A stretch of DNA of 64,000 bases from a virus. Below the pieces are notes generated by a model. The model saw nothing but the letters and a program-made list of their open reading frames with translations, searched no databases and was not told the DNA's origin. Positions 37,785 to 46,705 of the stretch are shown one piece after another (the stretch's first letter is position 1; every line of letters starts with the position of its first letter). Location of the stretch: positions 3,988 to 67,987 of the IMG/VR virus record IMGVR_UViG_3300006104_000752. One strand, given 5' to 3'. Position numbers and translations under genes: made by a program.

Positions 37785-39026
37785 TTAGATTCCTAGTCTG
37801 CCCCCGTTGCGTTCACCACCCTTAATAGCAATAAGGTTGGCGTTTACATAGGGGATATTGTGTTCGCGGTGCCATTCACTTGGAAAGTAAGTGTAAAGGT
37901 CGCTAATCTGAAAGTCCATCTTTAGTTCTGGTACAAAACGACGATAGTTTTCGTCAGCAAAATACCAGAAAGAATTCTCGTTGTAAAAACTATTGTGCGT
38001 CGGGTCTTGAAAAGCGCCACGTCCGTCAGTGCTTGGAGTTAGTGATAGCACCATTCCGTTGTGTGCCAAAACTCGATACATCTCGTTCCAGATACGTACC
38101 TTGTCAGGAATGTGTTCAAGGAAGTCAACTGCTCGAATTACTCCAACAGAGTTTTCTTCCAGGGAAGCAAGTACGTCAAATACATCGCCCAAGTAATCTG
38201 CGGGAGCGTGCATGTCTACAGTCTTGTAGCCAGGCGCTGGATTGTGAGCACCGCCAAGGTCTAAGGCAAGAAGACCATTATCCTCAGCCCACCTTAAAAC
38301 AAGTGGTTGAATGTTTCGACCATGCATGCGAACAGTCTCTTGCTGTATGAAAGCATTAATGTCGGACTTTGACTGAGTATTCTCAGAATGAACACGCTGC
38401 AAATAAAGGTTCTTCTTAATGTGAACAAACTTGCCCTGTAGGTACAACCTAGCCATCAAGTCCTGGTCATCAAGAACCCTCATTGAAGAGTCGTAACCGC
38501 CAGAAAGTTCGTAAGCCTTCTTGGTAAAAGCACGAAGGTGATTGGGCGCATACCAGATGAAAGAAACGTTGTGAGGCGTTGGCTCCATGCCAGCGCAAAC
38601 ATTCCATTCGCCATCTTTGTAATAGTTCCAACCGTATTCCGGGTTGAACATGTGAAAGTCAGGCTTGCCATCTTCGGTCATTTGAGCAAAATCAGAATAG
38701 ACAAAGGAAGCGTCAGGGTTTTCTTTAAAAGCCCTAGAAACCTCTTCTAGCGCGTCTGGTAGGAGAATGTCATCGTGGTCTAACTCAACCAAGATTTCTC
38801 CATCACAAAGACTTACCGCATAACCCTTTAGTGCGCCAACAATTCCATTTAATTGTGGCTTTGCGTAGAAAACACGAACACGGTCGTCGTATTCGGGTCT
38901 TCCCCAGTTTGCGTCGCCATTCAGCAAAACCACCCATTCCCAATTTTGGTTTGTCTGAGACTTTAAGCCTTGGTAGGCTTGGTCCAAATATTTTGGGTCG
39001 TGACTGGCAGTGAAAACACTAATCAT
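37785..39026 (-). CDS. GT2 glycosyltransferase fused to SAM methyltransferase-like domain
   Basis: ISVFT, QT..NWEW, ELDHDD; LDLGG, DFLEH, YRVL, QDPTH. Confidence 0.85.
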   Translation of the reverse strand: MISVFTASHDPKYLDQAYQGLKSQTNQNWEWVVLLNGDANWGRPEYDDRVRVFYAKPQLNGIVGALKGYAVSLCDGEILVELDHDDILLPDALEEVSRAFKENPDASFVYSDFAQMTEDGKPDFHMFNPEYGWNYYKDGEWNVCAGMEPTPHNVSFIWYAPNHLRAFTKKAYELSGGYDSSMRVLDDQDLMARLYLQGKFVHIKKNLYLQRVHSENTQSKSDINAFIQQETVRMHGRNIQPLVLRWAEDNGLLALDLGGAHNPAPGYKTVDMHAPADYLGDVFDVLASLEENSVGVIRAVDFLEHIPDKVRIWNEMYRVLAHNGMVLSLTPSTDGRGAFQDPTHNSFYNENSFWYFADENYRRFVPELKMDFQISDLYTYFPSEWHREHNIPYVNANLIAIKGGERNGGRLGI

Positions 39027-39077
39027 CTATGGCGGTCCCTCGTTTTGGTGTGATAAAGTTCACCCCATCATAGACAT

Positions 39078-39106
39078 ATATTACACCATACTTTGTCAAA
39101 TTTCAA
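39078..39106 (-). promoter_or_regulatory. internal promoter for glycosyltransferase gene
   Basis: TTGAAA-17-TAATAT in an AT-rich gap that also contains TTGACA. Confidence 0.6.
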
Positions 39107-39110
39107 GTAT

Positions 39111-39563
39111 TTAACCCGGCTTGGTTGTAAACTGAGTACCGCTGCCCCATCCAGAACGGGTTTTAGGGCCGTAGATTTCGCCGTTAGCGGTATCCATGTA
39201 GTTATCGCCAATGTTCCCCAGGGACGAACTGGGTGCCCCAGAACCGTAATGAAACAGCCCTGGAGTGAATCCATAGAAACTTAAGACAATTGGCTGGTTA
39301 TTTGGACCAAATCCAATTGCGCAAACAGTTCCGGCAGGGGGCGGATATTCGCCCGGATATGGCATTGGGCCCCAAACCTGAGTCCCACTGATTGCGGGAA
39401 TCGTAAAAGTCATATTGCCTGCGGTTATTGGTCCTGGAGCCGTTGCATCTGTCTGCAAAACAACACCGTAGTAAACGCCTTCAAATTGCTTTCCGCTTGA
39501 AAGAACGCCGTATTGGACTTTCAATACGTGTTGTAGAATAGTATCAGCGTCTTGAGTTCTCAT
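39111..39563 (-). CDS. baseplate spike/gpV-like OB-fold protein
   Basis: GVY.G.V, P..G..C.I.F....P; G.P...G..GD.Y.D C-terminal repeat. Confidence 0.6.
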   Translation of the reverse strand: MRTQDADTILQHVLKVQYGVLSSGKQFEGVYYGVVLQTDATAPGPITAGNMTFTIPAISGTQVWGPMPYPGEYPPPAGTVCAIGFGPNNQPIVLSFYGFTPGLFHYGSGAPSSSLGNIGDNYMDTANGEIYGPKTRSGWGSGTQFTTKPG

Positions 39564-40813
39564 TATTTAACAACCTTTTTAGAAGTTGACTTAAGAACAG
39601 GGAGTGGGAATGGCGATTGTGGCTGTGATGTTGGGTCGTAAATTGCACCAAATGGCATTGGAACCTGCAAAACGATAGAAGCCTGTGGGTTGAATGCGTC
39701 ACGTTGCATCGCTGTTACCATCCAAAGACCTGAATCTGCGGGGCCAAGTCCGGCAAATTTAACGATTTCGCCAATGTCAAATTCCCAGTTGTCTAGCATG
39801 CAAGTAATTGTTGCCTGCCCGTAAGCCTTGCCTACGTCCCAGTCAAAGTCAATTAACTGAATGTTGTCGGTAAATTCTTCAATTGTCTTGATTTTTCCGC
39901 CCTTAAGAGCGTTGATGGGGGGAATGCCATTTGGGGCTATGTTTCCCTGCCACCATTCATCCGGCCCAAAATAAACGGTATTGCCGTTTTCCCAAATGCG
40001 CCAACCAATGCTTGAAGCGATTCGACTTGCCGCTGTCCAAGAATCCTCATAAGGGTCGGACGAAGTTCCTCGACTAAGTGCAACGCTAACAATTGACTTA
40101 CCATTGTTTCCTGTCAACTCTTTCCACACAGATGCGTAGTCGGGGTTGTTTTCAGCAAATGAAACTTTTTCAAAGTAAGCACCGGCACCATTGTTGATGG
40201 CCTCAACAAGACCTTTTACAAAGGGCGTAACGTTCGTGCTTGTTGTACTAACGACAGTACCGTTGCCTCTTTGATTCTGAAGTCGATAAATCGCCTCAGC
40301 CTCAAAAACCAATTGAACCTGGTCAGACGCTTTGACAAACTGAGTAAGCGTGTATTCAAGAACTGGGTTCTTCTTTGCCTGAGAGGCGGTCAGCGATGCG
40401 TCAGAAAGTGCGCTTGTGCTGATGTACTTAGGATTGTTTTTTGAACCGGCAGTTCCAATGCCCGTTGACGCTACCTGAAGTGTCATTCCTTGCTTAAGGA
40501 ATCCCTTGCGCAAAATGGCGCGGGAAGGGTCGGTCATCTGAATCGTGATTGTCGAAACGCCAAGCATATTCTGTTGAAGAATGATGTCGGTAATTGACTC
40601 ACGATAGTCGTAATTTATTTTTGTTGCCGCGCCAGTATTCTTGTCTAGCAAAACCATGTCTTCAAGGTCAGCAAGGTTAAATCCTGTGCCAGTCGGCAAA
40701 ACAACATTGTTTCCCGTAGTCGTTGTAGAACCAGCAGTAAGGGGCTGGAAGGTTGTTCCAGTTCCGGTTGCACTGTTTGCGCCAAGGGCGCTTGCTGGGA
40801 TTGTCTTAGCCAT
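39563..40813 (-). CDS. baseplate hub (gpD-like) protein
   Basis: Synteny; EDSW....RIA..IGW, G.W.V motifs. Confidence 0.65.
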   Translation of the reverse strand: MAKTIPASALGANSATGTGTTFQPLTAGSTTTTGNNVVLPTGTGFNLADLEDMVLLDKNTGAATKINYDYRESITDIILQQNMLGVSTITIQMTDPSRAILRKGFLKQGMTLQVASTGIGTAGSKNNPKYISTSALSDASLTASQAKKNPVLEYTLTQFVKASDQVQLVFEAEAIYRLQNQRGNGTVVSTTSTNVTPFVKGLVEAINNGAGAYFEKVSFAENNPDYASVWKELTGNNGKSIVSVALSRGTSSDPYEDSWTAASRIASSIGWRIWENGNTVYFGPDEWWQGNIAPNGIPPINALKGGKIKTIEEFTDNIQLIDFDWDVGKAYGQATITCMLDNWEFDIGEIVKFAGLGPADSGLWMVTAMQRDAFNPQASIVLQVPMPFGAIYDPTSQPQSPFPLPVLKSTSKKVVK

Positions 40814-41754
40814 TATGAAGCCGGTAGTTTAATTACGTACCCAACCATGTTTGCAATGGCGGAGTCATCACGAATACCGTTAAGTGTCTTTATTCTAGAG
40901 ATGTAGGAAGAGTTGTTTTGCTTTTGTCTTGCAGCAATCAATTGAAGAGTGTCGCCCTTCTTAATGGTGTACAACTTTGCACCAGAACTACTAACCGTCG
41001 AAACCGTTGTAGGTGTTGTTGATGAAGTTGATTTAAGAGCGGACGCTGCAACTGGGCTTGTAAGCGTGCCAGCGGCGGACGTTGAACTGCTGTAAGTCGA
41101 AATGAACGGAGTTACAGAAAGGTTGCCAGATGTTTTGATAAGGTTCTGAACGGCGCCAGATGGGCTTGAAGCAGCGGAAGTTGTTGAGTTTCCACCAGGA
41201 ATTGGGGTGTTATACTCATAAAGAGTAATGTCCAACTGCTGTTGAACCCTGTTGCCGTCTGCTATTCCACGAATTGCATTTGTAAATGACATTGTAAAAA
41301 TAAACCATTCACGCAATTTGCCCGTTCCAGCAGAAACGCCAGGCACTGGACCCGTAAGTGTGAAGGTTGTTGGCTGGTAATTTGTTGAGTTAGGCTCAAC
41401 GTCCAGCCACGACTCCAGCACCTGGCACATGTTTTCCGTATTAGCAACGGTTCCAGTTGAACCTGTAATAGATGAAAAAGAATCGTCTATCAACAATGTC
41501 ATCTGAAGTTGAAACGGAGAACGGTCATACCATTGAGTTGCTGCTACTGTTTTTGGACGGTCAACAACCTGCCATCCGCCCGAACCCTGAACTGGTCCAT
41601 AGGTTGAGTCGCCCAAAAGGGCCGCAACAACAGACGGGGAAGAAGCGCCAGGAAGATAAAAATTCACCAACGTATTGGAACTTCCAGCAAGGTTTGATAC
41701 CGGCTCAATATCCGTTGTTGTCGTAGGTGTTGATGACGTGGAAGAGTTAGACAT
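40813..41754 (-). CDS. LysM-containing tail tube initiator
   Basis: YTIKKGDTL..IA...I..LNGI LysM at C-terminus; follows tape measure. Confidence 0.8.
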   Translation of the reverse strand: MSNSSTSSTPTTTTDIEPVSNLAGSSNTLVNFYLPGASSPSVVAALLGDSTYGPVQGSGGWQVVDRPKTVAATQWYDRSPFQLQMTLLIDDSFSSITGSTGTVANTENMCQVLESWLDVEPNSTNYQPTTFTLTGPVPGVSAGTGKLREWFIFTMSFTNAIRGIADGNRVQQQLDITLYEYNTPIPGGNSTTSAASSPSGAVQNLIKTSGNLSVTPFISTYSSSTSAAGTLTSPVAASALKSTSSTTPTTVSTVSSSGAKLYTIKKGDTLQLIAARQKQNNSSYISRIKTLNGIRDDSAIANMVGYVIKLPAS

Positions 41755-44700
41755 TACTTAGTTCCCTTCAACGTGGACTTGCTAACCGCAGATATGATTC
41801 CAGGCAAACCGCCTGGGCCAAGCGCCGCAGAGAATGCTTTCTGCATTCCATTTGACGTAAGTCCCAATTCAACGTTTGCTGTCTTAAGTCCAGTTGTAAC
41901 TGCTTGAGCAATATTGTTGGTATCCGCTTGTGTAAGTTTATTAGTTTTTGCAATGTTTTGAGCAGCAGTTTGATAAGCCTTTGCCTGGTCGGCAAGTTTT
42001 GCTGATGCTTCTTTCAATTCCTTGCTTGCCGCTTCACCTAACTTACCAGATGCTGCAATCTTTGCGTCAATCTTAGATTGAGCACCTGCTTCAATTGCGG
42101 CGCGAGTAAACGTTGCGTAACGTGCGCTCGCCATTCCGCCAGTCAGATTCTGGTCGTAGTTCATACCCAAAAGCGCAGCGGCGCGACCGGTCAAACGACG
42201 CTGAAGGCCAATTTCTTTTCTGGCGTTTACTGCGTTGTAATAACCTGGGTCAACCAATGGATTGTAGAGGGCACTCTTGTCGGCCCCAATCTTTGCGTTA
42301 ATGTAACGGCTAATGTTTGCCATTTCATTTGGGCCACCCTTCCAAATAAGGGCTTTAAGCGCCGCTGTTTCGGCGGGTCCAAACTTACCAAGTTGTGAAA
42401 CAGAGTTAAGGTTATTGGCGTTTAATTGACCACTTCTTGTTTGGTAAGCAAGCCACCATGCGGCGGTTTTATTTGCATTGATGTCGGCAAAGGTTTTGTT
42501 TGTGTATGCTTTGTTTCCCTTACCAGTTATGTTTGCCCAAGCAGCGGCGTTGCTCTTCTGTTCGCCACTGAGGTTTGCGTATTGATTACTTAGGAAGTTA
42601 AGGCGTTGAAAGTCTTTGGCCGATGCGGTTCCATTGGCAACCTTTTTTTGTAATCCTTGGATTTCTGCAAGGTCACCAAGCATTTGACTCTTTAAGTCAC
42701 TGGGCTTAATAGGTCCCGTTGCAATTTTGGGCGTATAAGTGTTTTTGGCTCCACCGCCAAAAAGACCACCAAAGAATCCTGCAACGCCAGAAATAGCCTT
42801 ACCAACAAGGGGCATAGCCATAGGCAGGAGCATGCTAGTAATAGCCATACCCATTGGTCCACCCATGAAACCAAGCCCCATTTCAGCAAGACCACCAATT
42901 CCAGTTTCACCAAAACCAGCAATTGCACTTGGCAAGAAACGCTTAAGTCCAGTAGCCGCTACCTCTTCGGTGTCCGATATTGCGGCCTTTCCAACGCTTT
43001 GCAACGCATCGCCCTGGATTCCCTTAATCTTGTTAAAACTTTCGTCAATTGCAAACTTAGCCTTTGAACTGTATCCCTTGCCAAATCCCTCTTCCTTTGA
43101 ATAAAGGTCACGAAGAAGTTTCTTGGTTACAGGCTTGCCTTCGGAAAGGGCTTTCTTTTCAACGTCTGAAAGAGCGGTTTTTTCAAGGCCGCCACCGCCA
43201 CCGCCAAACATTCCTTCTCGTGCGGTTATTGCAGTGTTTGTCTTAATGTCTTCAAGCAAAGAAAGTTGCTTTTGCTTGTTGTTCATGTAAACGTTTTTGA
43301 AGCCTTCGCCTCCGCCACCCAACTTCTTTGCTAGGTCGCGGAATACAGTATCTTTTGCAATGCCTTCAATGTCCTTACCGGCAATCTTTCCCCAAATCTT
43401 TGAAGTACCGGCATAACCAGCACCAAGAACGCCGTATGCGCCTTTGGCAAGACTTGCCAGTTTTCCGACTGTTGCAATACCGGCAAAAACACCAACCATT
43501 GAAACAAGGGGAATAAGAACAATTTTAAACCTAGAAAGGAGACCAACGACATCAGTAAGTATTTTGCCAAGTTTTAACGCGGCTGGCGTAAGTGCCTTAC
43601 CAATGTTTACAAGGTCAGCCATGAAGGTTTGCTTCATCATATTGAACTGCGCTTGTGGCGTTGAAAGAGCCCTTTGAGTGTCTCTATTCAAAACCGCAAT
43701 ACTGGAGTTTTTTTGAATAGACGCATAAATACCGGCCAAAAGCGATGGGCTATTTATCATGGCGTCAATGGTGGCGGAACTCTTGGAACCACCAAAAGCC
43801 TTTGTAACGATAAGGTTTTCAAGAGTGTTTAACCAGGTAGTTCCACTCTTGCCTTCAAATCCTGCGGTACCCTTACCAAGTGTTTTAAGGTTTCCAGCGG
43901 CCCAGGCATCAATAACTGCCTTTGGAATGTCACCAACGCCCCAGTTTTCAAGAAGTGCGGTTGCTCCCGCAGCGCCAGTTGCGCCCTTGTACTTTACGTT
44001 AAATGCGGTAGGGTTGAAGCGACTAAGTGCCTGCTTAAGGTATTCGGAAACTGCAACAATTCCACCCTTACCAGCGAGCAATTGATTAATGTCTCCAGGT
44101 TGAATACCCAACATGGCAAGAGCCTTAGCACCTTGCGCACTTGGTGCCGTCATCATTGTCAACGCTGTTTTTACGTACTGACCAGCAGTTGAGCCAGGTG
44201 TACCCATTGCCGTAAGAAGGTCAATGAAAGAACCAAGAGATGCTGCTGAAACACCGTGAGCGGCTGCGGTTGGAAGCGCACCGCGACCAAGAGCAGAAAT
44301 AATTTCAGATTGTTTAACGTCACCGGCACCAACGGTTGCGTTGATAAACGCTGCAATCGCCGCGGGGCTTGTTCCAACACCGGCAAGATTTGCGTTCATC
44401 ATTGCGCCCATAACACGCGCTGATTGCTCCATTGGAGCGCCGCTAGCAACACCACCAAGAACGCCAAGAACCGCAACGCTCTTTGTCATCTTAGCAAGTT
44501 GATTATTTGTTGCCCCAAGACCACCGTGCAAACCTGCCGTAGCAGATGAAATGCGGTAGATGATGTTGGCTACGTCATTAAGACTTACACCAGTCTTCTT
44601 GGCCACATCAAGAGCCATGTTTGTCAGGAATGGGAGACTATTTGGTGCTCGACCAGCCTGAGTAATTGTCTGTGTAAGTTCTGCGTTAAACTTTGAATAG

Positions 44701-45218
44701 GTTTTTATTGCTTCGTAACCTATGCCGCCAATGGACAAAACGCCCCAGGTAGCGGCCTTAAGGATTCCAGGAGTAGCAATACCAGAGAGTTTGTTAAGGG
44801 TTCCATAGGACGCAGTTGTCGCTACGTTGTGTGCCTCTTGAGCAACACTTGATTCCTGAAGAACGACCTTTCGCTCTGCAAGAAGCCTGTTGTTTGCTTC
44901 AAGTTCAACGGCTTGGCTTTCTAAAGCCTTGGTGCTTTCTTCGGTAGTAACCGTTGCAACTTTTTGCTCTTCATTAGTGACGGCAAGAGACTTTCGGTAT
45001 TCCGAAATAGCCTTAACCAGGTCTTGAAGGGTTACACCAAGGCTGTCCGCCGTCTTCTCGGCAGCAGCAAGGCTTTCATCAAACTTTTCCCCAGAGATGG
45101 CAGATTTGTCTAAAGAATCTACAACGTCAAGAATTGCGTCCGATAGGGTAATGAATACCTTAGAGGCTTCATCACCACCGGGCGCACTAATCGGTATTTC
45201 TACTGGGTCTACTGCCAT
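41754..45218 (-). CDS. tape measure protein
   Basis: ~1154 aa Ala/Gly-rich helical protein with hydrophobic segments; follows chaperones. Confidence 0.9.
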   Translation of the reverse strand: MAVDPVEIPISAPGGDEASKVFITLSDAILDVVDSLDKSAISGEKFDESLAAAEKTADSLGVTLQDLVKAISEYRKSLAVTNEEQKVATVTTEESTKALESQAVELEANNRLLAERKVVLQESSVAQEAHNVATTASYGTLNKLSGIATPGILKAATWGVLSIGGIGYEAIKTYSKFNAELTQTITQAGRAPNSLPFLTNMALDVAKKTGVSLNDVANIIYRISSATAGLHGGLGATNNQLAKMTKSVAVLGVLGGVASGAPMEQSARVMGAMMNANLAGVGTSPAAIAAFINATVGAGDVKQSEIISALGRGALPTAAAHGVSAASLGSFIDLLTAMGTPGSTAGQYVKTALTMMTAPSAQGAKALAMLGIQPGDINQLLAGKGGIVAVSEYLKQALSRFNPTAFNVKYKGATGAAGATALLENWGVGDIPKAVIDAWAAGNLKTLGKGTAGFEGKSGTTWLNTLENLIVTKAFGGSKSSATIDAMINSPSLLAGIYASIQKNSSIAVLNRDTQRALSTPQAQFNMMKQTFMADLVNIGKALTPAALKLGKILTDVVGLLSRFKIVLIPLVSMVGVFAGIATVGKLASLAKGAYGVLGAGYAGTSKIWGKIAGKDIEGIAKDTVFRDLAKKLGGGGEGFKNVYMNNKQKQLSLLEDIKTNTAITAREGMFGGGGGGLEKTALSDVEKKALSEGKPVTKKLLRDLYSKEEGFGKGYSSKAKFAIDESFNKIKGIQGDALQSVGKAAISDTEEVAATGLKRFLPSAIAGFGETGIGGLAEMGLGFMGGPMGMAITSMLLPMAMPLVGKAISGVAGFFGGLFGGGAKNTYTPKIATGPIKPSDLKSQMLGDLAEIQGLQKKVANGTASAKDFQRLNFLSNQYANLSGEQKSNAAAWANITGKGNKAYTNKTFADINANKTAAWWLAYQTRSGQLNANNLNSVSQLGKFGPAETAALKALIWKGGPNEMANISRYINAKIGADKSALYNPLVDPGYYNAVNARKEIGLQRRLTGRAAALLGMNYDQNLTGGMASARYATFTRAAIEAGAQSKIDAKIAASGKLGEAASKELKEASAKLADQAKAYQTAAQNIAKTNKLTQADTNNIAQAVTTGLKTANVELGLTSNGMQKAFSAALGPGGLPGIISAVSKSTLKGTK

Positions 45219-45231
45219 AAGGTGCCTTTTG

Positions 45232-45268
45232 ATAGAAAAAGCCGCTACCCACAAAGGAGTAGCGGCTT
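45232..45268 (-). terminator. intrinsic terminator/attenuator before tape measure
   Basis: AGCCGCTAC-TCCTTTGTGG-GTAGCGGCT-TTTTCT. Confidence 0.75.
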
Positions 45269-45307
45269 ATCTTCCGCCTAATAACTTTTGTCTAGACGGT
45301 TGGTTGG

Positions 45308-45535
45308 TTAGAAGATTTTAGCAATTGTTTTAGCGACTTCAAAGCCAATTAATTCCGCAAGAACTTTTATTTCTTCTACTTTTTGTTCTGTTGATAGTTC
45401 AATTGCTTTTCTCATAAAAGCCATTGACATCAGGTAATCTTCTGAGCCCTGGTCTAAGACCTTGTTTGGGTCCATGCCAAGATTGATTGCATATCCCCCC
45501 GTTTCAACGTAAGGGTCTTTGCTCAGGGCTTCTAA
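45308..45535 (-). CDS. tail assembly chaperone -1 frameshift extension
   Basis: 75-codon open -1 frame after ACT TTT TAG slippery stop. Confidence 0.7.
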   Translation of the reverse strand, partial: LEALSKDPYVETGGYAINLGMDPNKVLDQGSEDYLMSMAFMRKAIELSTEQKVEEIKVLAELIGFEVAKTIAKIF

Positions 45536-46083
45536 AAAGTTTCGTCTGCCTCATTGTTGGCAATGTTGCTCCAACGGAACAACTTGTTTGCCGTTTCGAT
45601 AAGGTCACCCTCGGTAAGGTAAAGTCCAATTACAGAGTCAGTAGCACGCTTGGCTTCAATGCCAAGAGCATCTGCAAGGTCTGTATCAAACTTTGTCCAG
45701 CGTCCGTGAGGGTCGTTGCTGCGAAGAGAGAGTTTGTTTTCAGTGTCGCCGTCAAAAACAGCGTAAATTCCTACGCATGAGTCATAAAGCATCTCTGCGT
45801 TTGCAACAAGAGAGAAGTCGGCGTTGCTATTCTTTCGACTCTCATTAGCGTACTTGGTGAGAGTGGAGTTAAGTTTTGTTGTAGATACTGGCTTGAAGCG
45901 GACGTAGATTTCCGGCTGCTCCCAGCGTGGCACCTTAATGTCCGTGTACAATTCATTTACGATTTGCTCACGGCGCTTCTTCAGGGAAACGAGGGGTGTC
46001 TGCTCCGCTTCTACAGCGACAACAGCACCCCCCGCTACCTGAGAGTTCACATCATTCCCGTCAGTGATATTAAAATCGACCAT
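45532..46083 (-). CDS. tail assembly chaperone
   Basis: Between tube and tape measure; SD AGGAGG. Confidence 0.8.
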   Translation of the reverse strand: MVDFNITDGNDVNSQVAGGAVVAVEAEQTPLVSLKKRREQIVNELYTDIKVPRWEQPEIYVRFKPVSTTKLNSTLTKYANESRKNSNADFSLVANAEMLYDSCVGIYAVFDGDTENKLSLRSNDPHGRWTKFDTDLADALGIEAKRATDSVIGLYLTEGDLIETANKLFRWSNIANNEADETF

Positions 46084-46122
46084 GTTTCCTCCTATGGCGT
46101 GTTAATTTTATTGTACTACTTT

Positions 46123-46680
46123 TTAGAAGTAATTTCCAGTTTGAGTTGCTGCGGCTGGGAATGACTGGCTAACCAGTGAACTTCCGCCAGGTGCAGCAGC
46201 AGCAGCGGCGTCAGCGACGGTCTCAACTGCAATGTCTACTTCCCACATACGAACGGCGTTGCTCATTGAGTCAGTTCCGCCGTCCTTAACAGCAGTAAGG
46301 CGACCGGTGTAAACACGTGGGGAACCCCAGGTGTTACCAGCGTCGTCAAGAGGCTGAATGTTGACGGTAACAAGGGTGTTACCAACAAGGGCGTGAAGGT
46401 CAGCAATGATTGCATTGTCAACCTGCGTGTTGTAAGCCTTGCTCAATGTCACGTCCGAGTAAGTAGGAAGCGACATGTAAGTAATTTCTGGGCCCATTCC
46501 GCCGGGACGGTGCTTGTTGACTGCGGCGGTGACATCTCCACCTGCAAACTTGTCAAAGTTAATCCACTGACCGTTTGAAAGTGTGGATGTCAAACCCGTT
46601 GGAGTCTGACCGATAATGAGCGTGGCAAGAAATTGCTGCTCAGAACCGAAAAAGTGAGTATTAGTATTAGTTGTTGACAT
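46123..46680 (-). CDS. tail tube protein
   Basis: F....GG, RPGG, DVTLSK, Y.G.L; follows sheath. Confidence 0.8.
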   Translation of the reverse strand: MSTTNTNTHFFGSEQQFLATLIIGQTPTGLTSTLSNGQWINFDKFAGGDVTAAVNKHRPGGMGPEITYMSLPTYSDVTLSKAYNTQVDNAIIADLHALVGNTLVTVNIQPLDDAGNTWGSPRVYTGRLTAVKDGGTDSMSNAVRMWEVDIAVETVADAAAAAAPGGSSLVSQSFPAAATQTGNYF

Positions 46681-46705
46681 TTAGGTTCTCCTTAAAAGTT
46701 TATGA

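Noticed and set aside
39068-39284. Short ORFs spanning the gap before the glycosyltransferase
   Set aside because: They overlap the spike gene and the promoter, with no recognisable motifs.
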